Positions 38,743 to 48,578 of a stretch of DNA of 64,000 nucleotides are shown one piece after another. The notes under the pieces are model-generated. The model was not told the origin of the DNA. It searched no databases and was given only the letters and a program-made list of their open reading frames with translations. Position 1 is the stretch's first letter; each line of letters begins with the position of its first letter. The stretch spans positions 11,656,001-11,720,000 of the forward strand of contig NC_092355.1 in the NCBI RefSeq assembly GCF_963676685.1, given 5' to 3'. The position numbers and the translations under genes are program-made. The DNA is from Mytilus edulis (taxonomy: Eukaryota).

Positions 38743-39381
38743 ATACATAATTGACACAGCCATGTATCACCATCATTGCTGGTGATCCGATGGATAAATC
38801 TGTTATAGAGTTGTCACTGACTCAGACGTACTTATATATATAATTATATTCTGTGACTGTATCTTGCATTAAATTGTAGGATCCTTTACTATAGATAATT
38901 GAGCTGATCTGTAACTATAACATCTCCATGCCTTATATATCATGTACTGTAGTACGACGCTAGATTAAAACTGACGAGGAAAGGTAACACTCGGCCATTG
39001 AAAGCTTTATTATTTGTGAAGCCCAGGTGGTCGTGTGGTCTAACGGGATGGATACGGTGCAGGCGGTTTGTGTCACGATATCTCAGTAGCATGGGTTCGA
39101 ATCCCGGCAAGGGAAGAACAACAAAAAAATTTGCGAAAGCAAATTTCCAGATCTAACATTGTTAGGTTGATGTTTAGACGAGTTGTATATACATAATGTA
39201 CACAGCCATGTATCACCATCATTGCTGGTGATCCGATGGATAAATCTGTTTTAGAGTTGTCACTGACTCAGACGTACTTATAAAGATAATTATTTTTTGT
39301 GACTGTATCTTGCATTAATGTGTAGGATCCTTTAATATAGATAATTGAGCTGATCTGTAACAAATACATCTCCATGCCTTA
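38743..39381 (+). mobile_element. Non-autonomous repeat (~445-bp unit, 1.4 tandem copies) with an internal tRNA-like Pol III promoter
   Basis: 38743-38935 is repeated at 39188-39381. The tRNA-Leu/Ser-like segment at 39021-39114 has an A box (TGGTCGTGTGG) and a B box (GGTTCGAATCC). The unit tail also occurs at 34906-34948. Confidence 0.75.
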
Positions 39382-39779
39382 CACGTTACAAGAATTAATA
39401 TTAACCTCTGAAGATTCACTCGCCGCGATATAGCCTATTAGTGCTAATGCGGCGTAAAGCAAACAACAAACTATCAATCTGAGGGTTTAAGCAGTATATA
39501 TTGGACGACTTATGAAGTTATACATTTGTTTACAGAACACCGTAAGACTTTTCTTAATACGTCATTTCCTTTATTTGGTCAACTGTACGTAATTGTTGAC
39601 CACTCCCGTGATACTACAGTTTATATCACGTGTCTATACATATATACGAAAGAACCTTTAGTACAAACAAAAATCCTCAATATTTCGAAACGCGGAAATG
39701 TATTAGTACACACTATATTAATATTAGGGATAAAATACCTTAAACACATTTTACAATTGCCGTTTGCCCACAAGACTAG

Positions 39780-41692
39780 CTAACTCAAAGCAAGGGCTGA
39801 AACGATAAAATGATATGACTATAATCTGTAATAATCTGAAATGCTATTATCAAACAAATCTGCAACGAACCCGTCCTTACTTTACTCAGATCTCCAACGT
39901 TCATGCCTCTTTATACATCTCTAATTAACATCTGACTTAGCTGCAGTCGAATCACCTCCTAAATGCAATGAGTTTAAACCTATGTTTCGTTGAGGAGAAA
40001 CCCGTTTTACCATTTTTTCACGATAATTTGACTGGACACTGTATAACTAAGTTTCTAGGTTTTTTTTAATTAACTTGGATGCACCTACTGATATAATTAT
40101 GGGTCTGAAAAGAAAGTGATCAGAATGCACGTCCAGACCAGATAAACCAAAAAAAGCTGGTAGATTAAAAGGCGACATGCTTGAGACCTCCCTTTAGAAA
40201 TTAAAATCTAGTTACCCTGGTTATACTCATCAGTTTTGCTTTATCTTAATGTCCTTACGAGTAATTGAACTTAAATCGTCAAAAAGTAAAAAAACCTGCA
40301 TAAGATGCAATTATGATAGTCAAATCCCTAATTTGTAATAAGTCACTAAAACATGTAAAATTCTAATAGAAACGTTATGAAAGAATTTCTAATATGATCT
40401 ATGTAAACGTTTAATTCGTTAGCCAATTTCATAGAATAAATATGGACTTCAATACACTTGGTGAAGACTGTTTACTATTAACGTAAATAAGAAATGTTAA
40501 ATATACAAAACATGTTCATCAATAAATGACTTCCAACGATTAAAGCCGGCGATGTTCTTCTTTGACGTTTTTTTTTCACCTTTTGCCAAAGATCTCATCA
40601 CATTGTTTTCTCAAACACCAGCACTCTCAACGGCGCTCTTGGCGATCGTTCTCTAATCTGATAAATAAAGCAATCATTCTAAATCTTTTCACCGAAAAAT
40701 CACATTTTTTCCTGTATCCTTTACACAACTGCTGTCTCTAGGCCAATAGATAATCTCTTGTATGAAATCTCTTAATCGTCCGTTTTGATATAAAAGTGGC
40801 CAATGATGTGCATATTTACATTCAGGAATAACTTACATGCATTTGGCCTTGTCCTTAATGATCTTGTTTATTGGCATGTCAACTAACGATCGAGGTGACA
40901 CATGCCATTTAGTATCACCTCCTCTAACTGACTGGAAGCGTTTATTGCCTCAGAACCTGGGAACCAAATTCTTGAATTAAATCGAGAGCACCGGGCATTG
41001 TAATTCATAGAAAATAAGTTAATAGTAAAAGAACCAACTATGATCTTGGAAAACATTCCTTTTAACACTCCAATCATAGTATCAATGTGTCTACTTAAAA
41101 AATCAGCATGCTTATTCCCAGTTCTTGGTACTCAATTCCTTTTCAAATGTATGCTCTTCCGGGAGCAAGATTTGTGAATATCTGTCACAACCTGCAATTT
41201 ATAATTTTTGCTACCTACCTATGTGTCACTATCTTATTATCATAATTTACTTTAACTGTTCTGTTTTCATGAAATGAGTCATATGTGTTCAAAACTCTTC
41301 TTGTCGTCCCTAAATCACGTCAGATAGAACTTCCAAATTGTTCACTCGCAAACCAAAATCCAAAATTGTGGACAAATCTCCACAAAGTAACTCCATGTTA
41401 TGCATGTCAGATAATTTGCTCGAAAAACAACATCAAGTGTTTGCAATCTTTTTTCTAAAAACCAAGCTCATCAATAATCTACTTTTTTTTAACAATTGCA
41501 TTCAAACTAGCACGCGCTTGAACACAATCATATTACAATGATGTGTTCAGTCTTAGAATATCACCTAAAACGATTTGCACTGAAATCAGCTGACCAATAA
41601 AACTGACCAATGTTCGAGCACTGAACAAATGTATTCGTTTACCAATATCGCTTTAAATGTCATTTGAAGCTTGCTCTGCTTTATAAATTCAT
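39780..41692 (-). pseudogene. Old DIRS/Ngaro-type retrotransposon, 3' part (RT connection, RNase H, MT-like domain and tyrosine-recombinase remnants)
   Basis: Minus-strand remnants SARTLVSFIGQLISVQIVLGD (~41560-41625), FSMNYNARCSRFNSRIWFPGSEAINA (~40940-41015) and GLNSLHLGGDSTAAKSDVN*RCIKRHERWRSE (~39885-39980). Confidence 0.85.
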
Positions 41693-41772
41693 CGATAAGG
41701 GCGTTGACCATTCGCATGTACACACGTAGTTTTTGTTAGTTAAACCTGTATTGCCGTAGACTTACGTTGACA

Positions 41773-42522
41773 ATGTCCGATATGGAGGAGGAAATCTTGG
41801 ATTTACCGAGTGAACAAGGTACGTCTACTAGAAATCCGCATGAAATGTCTAATGCAGACTTATTTTCACTTCTCAAGACGTATATGGATACTAGACTGTC
41901 GGGTATTGAAACATCTTTCACAGATACTACGCATACTTTGGAGAAAAAGGTTAAAAAGGCTGAAAATTCGTTCAAATTCAAGGGTCATCAGGTCCAGTAC
42001 GAGCTGAACGTAGATTTACAGGATTTGGTACAGAGGGCGTTGGATTATCTAGGGAGAAACAAGTCGGATAAAGCGGTAACTATTCTGAATGAGGCTCTTA
42101 ACACGCTAAAGAAAAGAAACAAGCTCATAAGAATTGCTGACAAGTCGGAGGGAGGGTGGAAGACCGTACAAGAATATTTGTCCGATGATTTAGCCAGCGA
42201 CTCCGAGGATGAAAAGAAGATAAGGGCAGCTGATACCCGGGCGGTGAAAAAGTTAAAGTCCGTTAAATCTGCAGACAAGAAGCAGAACGTTCGAAAAAGA
42301 CCAGCCGAAGCATCCGGTTCTACATCGCAGACAGCGCATAACGCAATTCCAGTTTCTGTCAGCATGCCGCCCTTTCGCGGGAGCAGACCTGGTTACGGAA
42401 ACCAGGTCAAAAGGTCCAGGGAAGGAGATATGTGTTTCAGGTGTGGATTATTTGGACATTGGGCATCCGATTGCAAAAAAGACACCAAGACTGGATTTGG
42501 AGCTCCCAGAGGAAATTCATAA
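41773..42522 (+). CDS. Gag-like protein with CCHC zinc knuckle
   Basis: RNKLIRIADKSEGGWKTVQEYLSDDLASDSEDEKKI (DIRS-family gag motif) and CFRCGLFGHWASDC. First ATG at 41773. Confidence 0.9.
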   Translation: MSDMEEEILDLPSEQGTSTRNPHEMSNADLFSLLKTYMDTRLSGIETSFTDTTHTLEKKVKKAENSFKFKGHQVQYELNVDLQDLVQRALDYLGRNKSDKAVTILNEALNTLKKRNKLIRIADKSEGGWKTVQEYLSDDLASDSEDEKKIRAADTRAVKKLKSVKSADKKQNVRKRPAEASGSTSQTAHNAIPVSVSMPPFRGSRPGYGNQVKRSREGDMCFRCGLFGHWASDCKKDTKTGFGAPRGNS

Positions 42523-44497
42523 GGATTTCAGCGCTCATACGGACACTTTACAGGTACAAGATGTTTATGAAACTTATTTTGAATATGAAAAGGGTCGTTC
42601 AGATATTTTTGTTAAAGACAGGCTTAAAAATTCTGTAAACTTTTGGAAAAGTATTAACGCTTCTAGTTTTATTGTTGATATTATTGAAAATGGTTACAAA
42701 ATACCTTTGTTAAAAGAGCCCGAAAATATGGTTTCTAAAAATAATAAATCTGCGTTAGAGCATTCAGATTTTGTTTCAAGTGCAATTAAAGAGCTTGTGT
42801 CGGGCGGTTTAGTAAAACGTGTATCAATTATGCCACACGTTGTGAACCCTTTAACTGTTTCAGTTAACGGTAAAGGTAAACACAGATTGATTTTAGATTT
42901 AAGACATGTAAATAAACAAGTGATTGTAAACAAAGTCAAATTCGAAGATTGGAAAACTTTAGCACAATATGTTACTTTGAATTGTTATGGATATGTCTTT
43001 GATTTGAAGGCGGGATATCACCACTTAAACATTTTTGAACAACATCAAAAGTATTTAGGGTTTTCGTGGGAAGGAGAATTTTATGTTTTTACTGTGTTGC
43101 CATTTGGTTTAAGTTCAAGCGGGTATATATTTACTAAAACTGTGAGACAATTGGTAAAGCACTGGCGTAAATCTAGCATAAAGGTAGCTGTTTATTTAGA
43201 CGACGGTTTTGGGGTCGAAGTTAGTTATGAACTATGTGAAAAGCACGCTCGAAGAATCAAAGCAGACTTGATTGCTTCTGGTTTTGTGCCAAACAAAGAC
43301 AAGTGTGTATGGTTACCTGCACAGCACGTTGAGTGGTTAGGTTTTTCATGGAATTTAATTTCTTGCAAATTGCAAATTCCTCAAAGAAAAATAGATGATA
43401 TATTGAATTTGGTAGCTTTTATACTAAATTCTAGTTACAGGGTAAAGGTACGACAGTTGGCCAAAATATGTGGTAAGTTAATTGCTTTAACACCAGCAGT
43501 AGGTAATGTTACCCAGATAATGACGAGAAACATTTTTTCAGTCATTAATATAAGAGACTATTGGGATCAATATGTAAACATCGGCAAGTATCCAGGTTGT
43601 ATCAATGAGCTTATTTTCTGGAGAGATAATTTGCCTTTATTAAAGGCGGTTGATCTGGTAAAGAACATTTCAAATTTTCATGTTTTCACAGATGCTAGCG
43701 ATACGGGTGCTGCTGGTTTCATACAAAATTCAACAAACATTTTGCACAAAATGTGGTTAGAAACTGAGCGAGGTAGGAGTTCTACTTGGCGAGAAGTAAA
43801 AGCAATTCAGTTATGTGTCAGTGCCTTTTCAAAACTCTTACAAAATAGTATCGTGACTTTTCACACAGATAACAAGAATGCTGTTAGCATCATAAATAAA
43901 GGTAGCAAAGTACAAGAATTACAACAGTTGTCCTTAGAAATTTATAGGTGTTGTTTACATGAAAACATTACATTACACATTATATGGTTACCCAGAAAAG
44001 AGAACGAGCAGGCTGATTTTTTAAGTCGGATTATAGATATTGATGACTGGGGTATTTCTCCAGAGTACTTTCAGTTTTTAGACGACCTCTGGGGTCCTCA
44101 TACCTTTGATAGGTTTGCTAATATGGACAATAACAAAGTAGATAAATTTAGTTCGTTGTACTGGAACCCTGGTTCCTCGGCAGTAGACGCTTTCTCGTGC
44201 CACTGGGCACAAGAAAACAATCTATTAGTACCACCTGTGTCTTTAGTTTGTAAGTGCATAAACCACTTGGTTAAATGCAAAGCAGAAGGAACACTGATAG
44301 TTCCGAGTTGGCCGTCGTCTCCTTACTGGCCATTAATTTTTGATGAAAACACAGAACACAGATCTTACGTGTTAGATGTGCTCGAATTTAACGAGGTAGA
44401 CAGAATTTTAGTTTCTGGAAACAATTTAAATTCTATTTTCGCGAACGGAAAATTCAAAGGTAGAATTTTAGCTGTTCGATTAAAAGCTTCTGATTGA
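42443..44497 (+). CDS. Reverse transcriptase + RNase H + degenerate DNA N6-adenine methyltransferase-like domain
   Basis: RT motifs RLILDLRHVN, DLKAGYHH, LPFGLSS and YLDD. RNase H motifs TDAS, STWRE, TDN and NEQADFLSR. MT-like DRFA...YWNPGSSAVDAF...NLLVPP. Overlaps gag in another frame; true start unknown. Confidence 0.93.
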   Translation: MDYLDIGHPIAKKTPRLDLELPEEIHKDFSAHTDTLQVQDVYETYFEYEKGRSDIFVKDRLKNSVNFWKSINASSFIVDIIENGYKIPLLKEPENMVSKNNKSALEHSDFVSSAIKELVSGGLVKRVSIMPHVVNPLTVSVNGKGKHRLILDLRHVNKQVIVNKVKFEDWKTLAQYVTLNCYGYVFDLKAGYHHLNIFEQHQKYLGFSWEGEFYVFTVLPFGLSSSGYIFTKTVRQLVKHWRKSSIKVAVYLDDGFGVEVSYELCEKHARRIKADLIASGFVPNKDKCVWLPAQHVEWLGFSWNLISCKLQIPQRKIDDILNLVAFILNSSYRVKVRQLAKICGKLIALTPAVGNVTQIMTRNIFSVINIRDYWDQYVNIGKYPGCINELIFWRDNLPLLKAVDLVKNISNFHVFTDASDTGAAGFIQNSTNILHKMWLETERGRSSTWREVKAIQLCVSAFSKLLQNSIVTFHTDNKNAVSIINKGSKVQELQQLSLEIYRCCLHENITLHIIWLPRKENEQADFLSRIIDIDDWGISPEYFQFLDDLWGPHTFDRFANMDNNKVDKFSSLYWNPGSSAVDAFSCHWAQENNLLVPPVSLVCKCINHLVKCKAEGTLIVPSWPSSPYWPLIFDENTEHRSYVLDVLEFNEVDRILVSGNNLNSIFANGKFKGRILAVRLKASD

Positions 44498-44746
44498 TAT
44501 TTGTGAAAATTTTTATTATTTTTTGCAGATTTTACTGACTGGAGGTTCTCTATTCAGAGATGTTGGCTTACAGAAGCTGATTAATGTGTATGTTGTGTCA
44601 CTTGACGATATTTTTGGGGCCACATGGTCTGTAGATACCACTGGGTATAGTTATGGTCACTGGACCTGTTTTTTCTGTTTGTTGTAAGCTGAGCAGTTAC
44701 GCATATTTCAAGGTAAATATTTATTTAATTTATAATTATTTTACAG

Positions 44747-45766
44747 AAAATATTTTCAACGGGATTTTGGAAAAATGACACACAAGTAAAGCACACAGAA
44801 CTTAAGATTTTGTTCAGAAAGATGAAGAATTCAGTTATTGACTCAAAAGCCAGAAATACAACTGTTAAATATGCATACAGTTTTAAGCGTTTTGTAGTGT
44901 GGTCTGAAAAGTATACAGAAATCAAGTCTGTCCTTCCTGCAGACGAAATCTATGTCAGTTTATATCTTCAATATTTAATGCAAAGTGCTAAACATTACAG
45001 TACTATAGAAGCTGCATGTTACGCTATAAAGTGGGCTCACAGTTTAGCTGGGTTTGAAGACCCATGTGCCTCGGATATAGTTAAATGTATTGTTGAGGCA
45101 TCTAAAAGAAAGCTTAATAGGCCTATTCAGAAAAAAGAACCGATGAATGCAAACATCATGCTTAGTCTTTTTAAGAAATTTGGCGGTGCTAATAGTTCGT
45201 TAAAAAATCTTAGATTATTAGCTATGTGTTTTCTGGCTTATTCCGGATTTTTAAGGTACAGTGAACTATGCCAGATTAGAGCTAAGAACATTACATTCGG
45301 AAACGATCATATTGACATATATATTGAGAGTAGCAAAACAGATTGTTATAGAAAAGGAAAAAACGTTTTGATAGCTAAACTTGATCAAGCTCACTGTCCT
45401 GTTAAAATTTTAAGTGATTATTTAGATAAAGCTAAAATAGACAGGTCCTCAGATGATTTTGTGTTCAGAGCTTTATCGTATTGTAAAAGTACAAACAACT
45501 GTAAGCTGAGAAAAAAGAATATACAACTATCTTATACTAGGACTAGAGAGATTTTAAAAGGGGCTCTGTCGGAGTTAGGTTTAAACGCAAGAATTTTTGG
45601 TACACATAGTTTTAGGGCAGGCGGTTGCTCAGCCGCTAGTAACTCTGGTGTATCGGACAGATTATTAAAGATTCACGGAAGGTGGAAATCTGATATTGCG
45701 AAAGACAGTTACATAAGCGACAATTTGAAAAAACGCTTATTAGTTTCAAAATCTTTAGGTTTATAA
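44747..45766 (+). CDS. Tyrosine recombinase (phage integrase family)
   Basis: GFLRYSEL, SKTD, HSFRAGG, HGRWKS and DSY catalytic motifs. The frame is open from the acceptor-like TTTTACAG at 44746. Confidence 0.93.
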   Translation, partial: KIFSTGFWKNDTQVKHTELKILFRKMKNSVIDSKARNTTVKYAYSFKRFVVWSEKYTEIKSVLPADEIYVSLYLQYLMQSAKHYSTIEAACYAIKWAHSLAGFEDPCASDIVKCIVEASKRKLNRPIQKKEPMNANIMLSLFKKFGGANSSLKNLRLLAMCFLAYSGFLRYSELCQIRAKNITFGNDHIDIYIESSKTDCYRKGKNVLIAKLDQAHCPVKILSDYLDKAKIDRSSDDFVFRALSYCKSTNNCKLRKKNIQLSYTRTREILKGALSELGLNARIFGTHSFRAGGCSAASNSGVSDRLLKIHGRWKSDIAKDSYISDNLKKRLLVSKSLGL

Positions 45767-46505
45767 GATTTATTACTGCAATTTCTTTCTTTGTACAATC
45801 GAGAATGGTCATCGTGCCTGACAAGTTCTAAAACTAGTGTTTTAGTTATTTATATATGAATGAGATAAGAAAAAGATTGGGCCGAGGTATATAGAAATTA
45901 TATAGTCTAGTACATAAATAATTTATGTTCGTTTGAACGAAGAGAATTTAGAAAATAAATATATTTATGTACGTGGCGGAAGAATTTTATCGTATGATAA
46001 TTCTATTAATATAACAATAGAATTGTAACAGGTTTTATGAACCCGAGTGTATTTAAATACGGTGGACTCGAATTGAAATTATCGATAAGGGCGTTGACCA
46101 TTCGCATGTACACACGTAGTTTTTGTTAGTTAAACTTAAGCACATATAGATTCGAAAACAGTATTAAATGTATTTTTTGTAACATTTTTTGTTTGTTTTT
46201 TGTAGATTGTTGAGACAACCTTTTTAAGTTTATTTAAACAGAGGACGTATATATATTCTGTGATGTGGACTGTATTTGCAAAATTACAAACATTTGTAAT
46301 TTGTTGTTCATTTGATAAACATGTATTGTAATGATTTGGTATTAGATAAACGAGAATGGTCATCGTGCCTGACAAGTTCTAAAACTAGTGTTTTAGTTAT
46401 TTATATATGAATGAGATAAGAAAAAGATTGGGCCGAGGTATATAGAAATTATATAGTCTAGTACATAAATAATTTATGTTCGTTTGAACGAAGAGAATTT
46501 AGAAA

Positions 46506-47700
46506 ATAAATTCATTTATCACTGACACAATTTTTTCCTTATTTTGTGTTCCAAGTTTTACCTTACTATCTCGCATTATGAGACGTGAACAAAGAACATC
46601 TTTCAAGTGCAATAAAAAAAATCCAAGAACTTCCAACTTATGTTTTATATCTTTTCTAGTTTTTTGACACGCGCTCAAATCGCGATCTCCACCTAAACCA
46701 TCATCAAGAAACATGATGATCTATTTGCCTTCACACCTCAAATGGTTGACTAATTCTCATAGTACTTTTAGCAAAGTGTACCCAGCCGTAGCAAAAAATG
46801 TCAAAAGGCAGTACATTGAAAACAAAGTATATTACTTTTCCTCCAAATCCAAGGAAAATCTAAAAAAAAACGTTAATGTATTTGACAATTCTCAGTATGA
46901 TGTTAAATAGTTATCAAAGGTACCATCCTAAGACTTGAGATCAAAGCTAAACAGAAAATCATCTTTCTGAAACATTGGCTGCTTTGTAAACTGAATTTGA
47001 ACAAATGAATGTTTATATGTCTTCAATTAGTACCAGTCTATCTTTGCTCGATTTGTTTGCGACAACTAAAGGGTTAACAAAATGTGGAACCCATTGTACC
47101 TCACAAATACATTTTTCTGTAAAGTATTGCGGATCTCAGCTTGAACAAATATCTTAATGGTTAATGTCGATCTGTGGATCTGACGATTGAGACTAGGTTT
47201 TGATTGGTATATACAACCGTTTTCAATTTCGTCAATAATGTGTTTGGTTTTTTTTGTAATAAATTTCCATCGACCTACGTTGACCTTGATCTATCAACTG
47301 GCGAGACGCATTCATGGTGCACGATTGTATTCGTATCAATACACATTTAACGTTTGAGCATTTGTAACAGTACTTGCTGCAATAAGAAGATTAGTGCTTG
47401 AATTATTAGATGTAGACCCAAAACGCATTAAATTAATATTTCCAAAAACTAACATTTAAAAAAAAGAAGTAGTAATCCTATTTTTCATATCTGGCTTTTG
47501 TCTATCAAATGACGCTTTCTTCCACGCTTCCGTAGGTTTCTGCTATAAGGGGTTGTTCTTGGTTTGTTTTTTATTTACTTCTACCGCCTCATTCTGCTCT
47601 AAACTGAGTCCTCATCATTTTCTTTTCGTTTTCTGAGTCGCAACAATCTGTATTTATAGGCCAGGCCACGGCTAGAGGGTCGAGTTGATAGATGTTTTGC
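46506..47700 (-). pseudogene. Old DIRS/Ngaro-type retrotransposon, 5' part (gag and RT remnants)
   Basis: Minus-strand FLDDGLGGD (~46685-46714), PHFVNPLVV...K.RLV (~47030-47090) and gag-like DSENEKKMMR (~47610-47640). The sequence is contiguous with the remnant at 41692 once the young element is removed. Confidence 0.85.
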
Positions 47701-48578
47701 GACAAAATGTCACGATATTAAAAAATCGTTTACATTTAGTATACACATACACATAATCACACACAAACAAAAACAGAACAGTACCTTTTTTTTTAAATGA
47801 ATATCCATGTACTGTGCAACCTGTCTAATCCGAAACACTAAGGGACGAGAGAATCGTGTCGTTTTGTACAGGTTGTCGAAATACTCTGGTTAAACAATTG
47901 AAAAAAACTGGACACGAACTTTAACATTGCATTGACCCTATTATTTCTGCTTACTTTAGTCTGTCATTATATTTTATCATAATATGTTTTGAACTTAATA
48001 AACTAAGGATCAAAATATTTAATGAAATCTCTTATATTACCACCTTTTTGAGTTATATCAGTAATGAAATCAAATTTGAATTTATATTTTATATAAAAAC
48101 AGCTTCTGTCATTCGTTGGACACCGATTTGCGTATGTTTCGTGGGTACAGGTAAACCACGAAAATAAATGTTCAACACAAAATAAAGCTTGTTTGGAGAA
48201 TGGACAAAACCATGAAATGAAATATCCACGGGCAAGTTTTCCTTCATTAACGAAAATTGTAACCAACGAAAATAAGTATTTTCACAGTATGTTTTCGATC
48301 AAATCAAACCGATATCATATGTAAAATGGTAAAATTAGGAGTTTAGAAGTCAACATGTGTTAGAATCCTAATTACATAGCAAACAATATATGTCTACAAA
48401 GTAAATCAAGATAGCATAAGGACCTCACTTGGTTTTCAGATGTCAATTTCAAACTGATATAAAGCGACATTACTTGACTGATACTTAAAACTTGTCAAAC
48501 GATCATGAAATGGCATATGAAGGTTATAAACATGATAAACATAACTTTAATCATTTCTGTCCTTCGTCCCGAAAGAAT

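Larger units (their letters stand above)
41691..46511 (+). mobile_element. Intact tyrosine-recombinase retrotransposon with split direct repeats (Ngaro/PAT-type, A1-ORFs-B1-A2-B2)
   Basis: A1 (41691-41745) matches A2 (46081-46135) over 55 bp. B1 (45800-45960) matches B2 (46351-46511) over 161 bp. The gag, RT/RH/MT and YR ORFs are uninterrupted. Confidence 0.95.

Noticed and set aside
39021-39114. Functional tRNA gene
   Set aside because: A and B boxes are present, but the acceptor and anticodon stems do not pair properly and it sits within a repeat unit.
41767-45766. Prophage or bacterial retron/integrase contamination
   Set aside because: The gag CCHC knuckle, split direct repeats and seamless nesting in animal repeats identify a eukaryotic YR retrotransposon.
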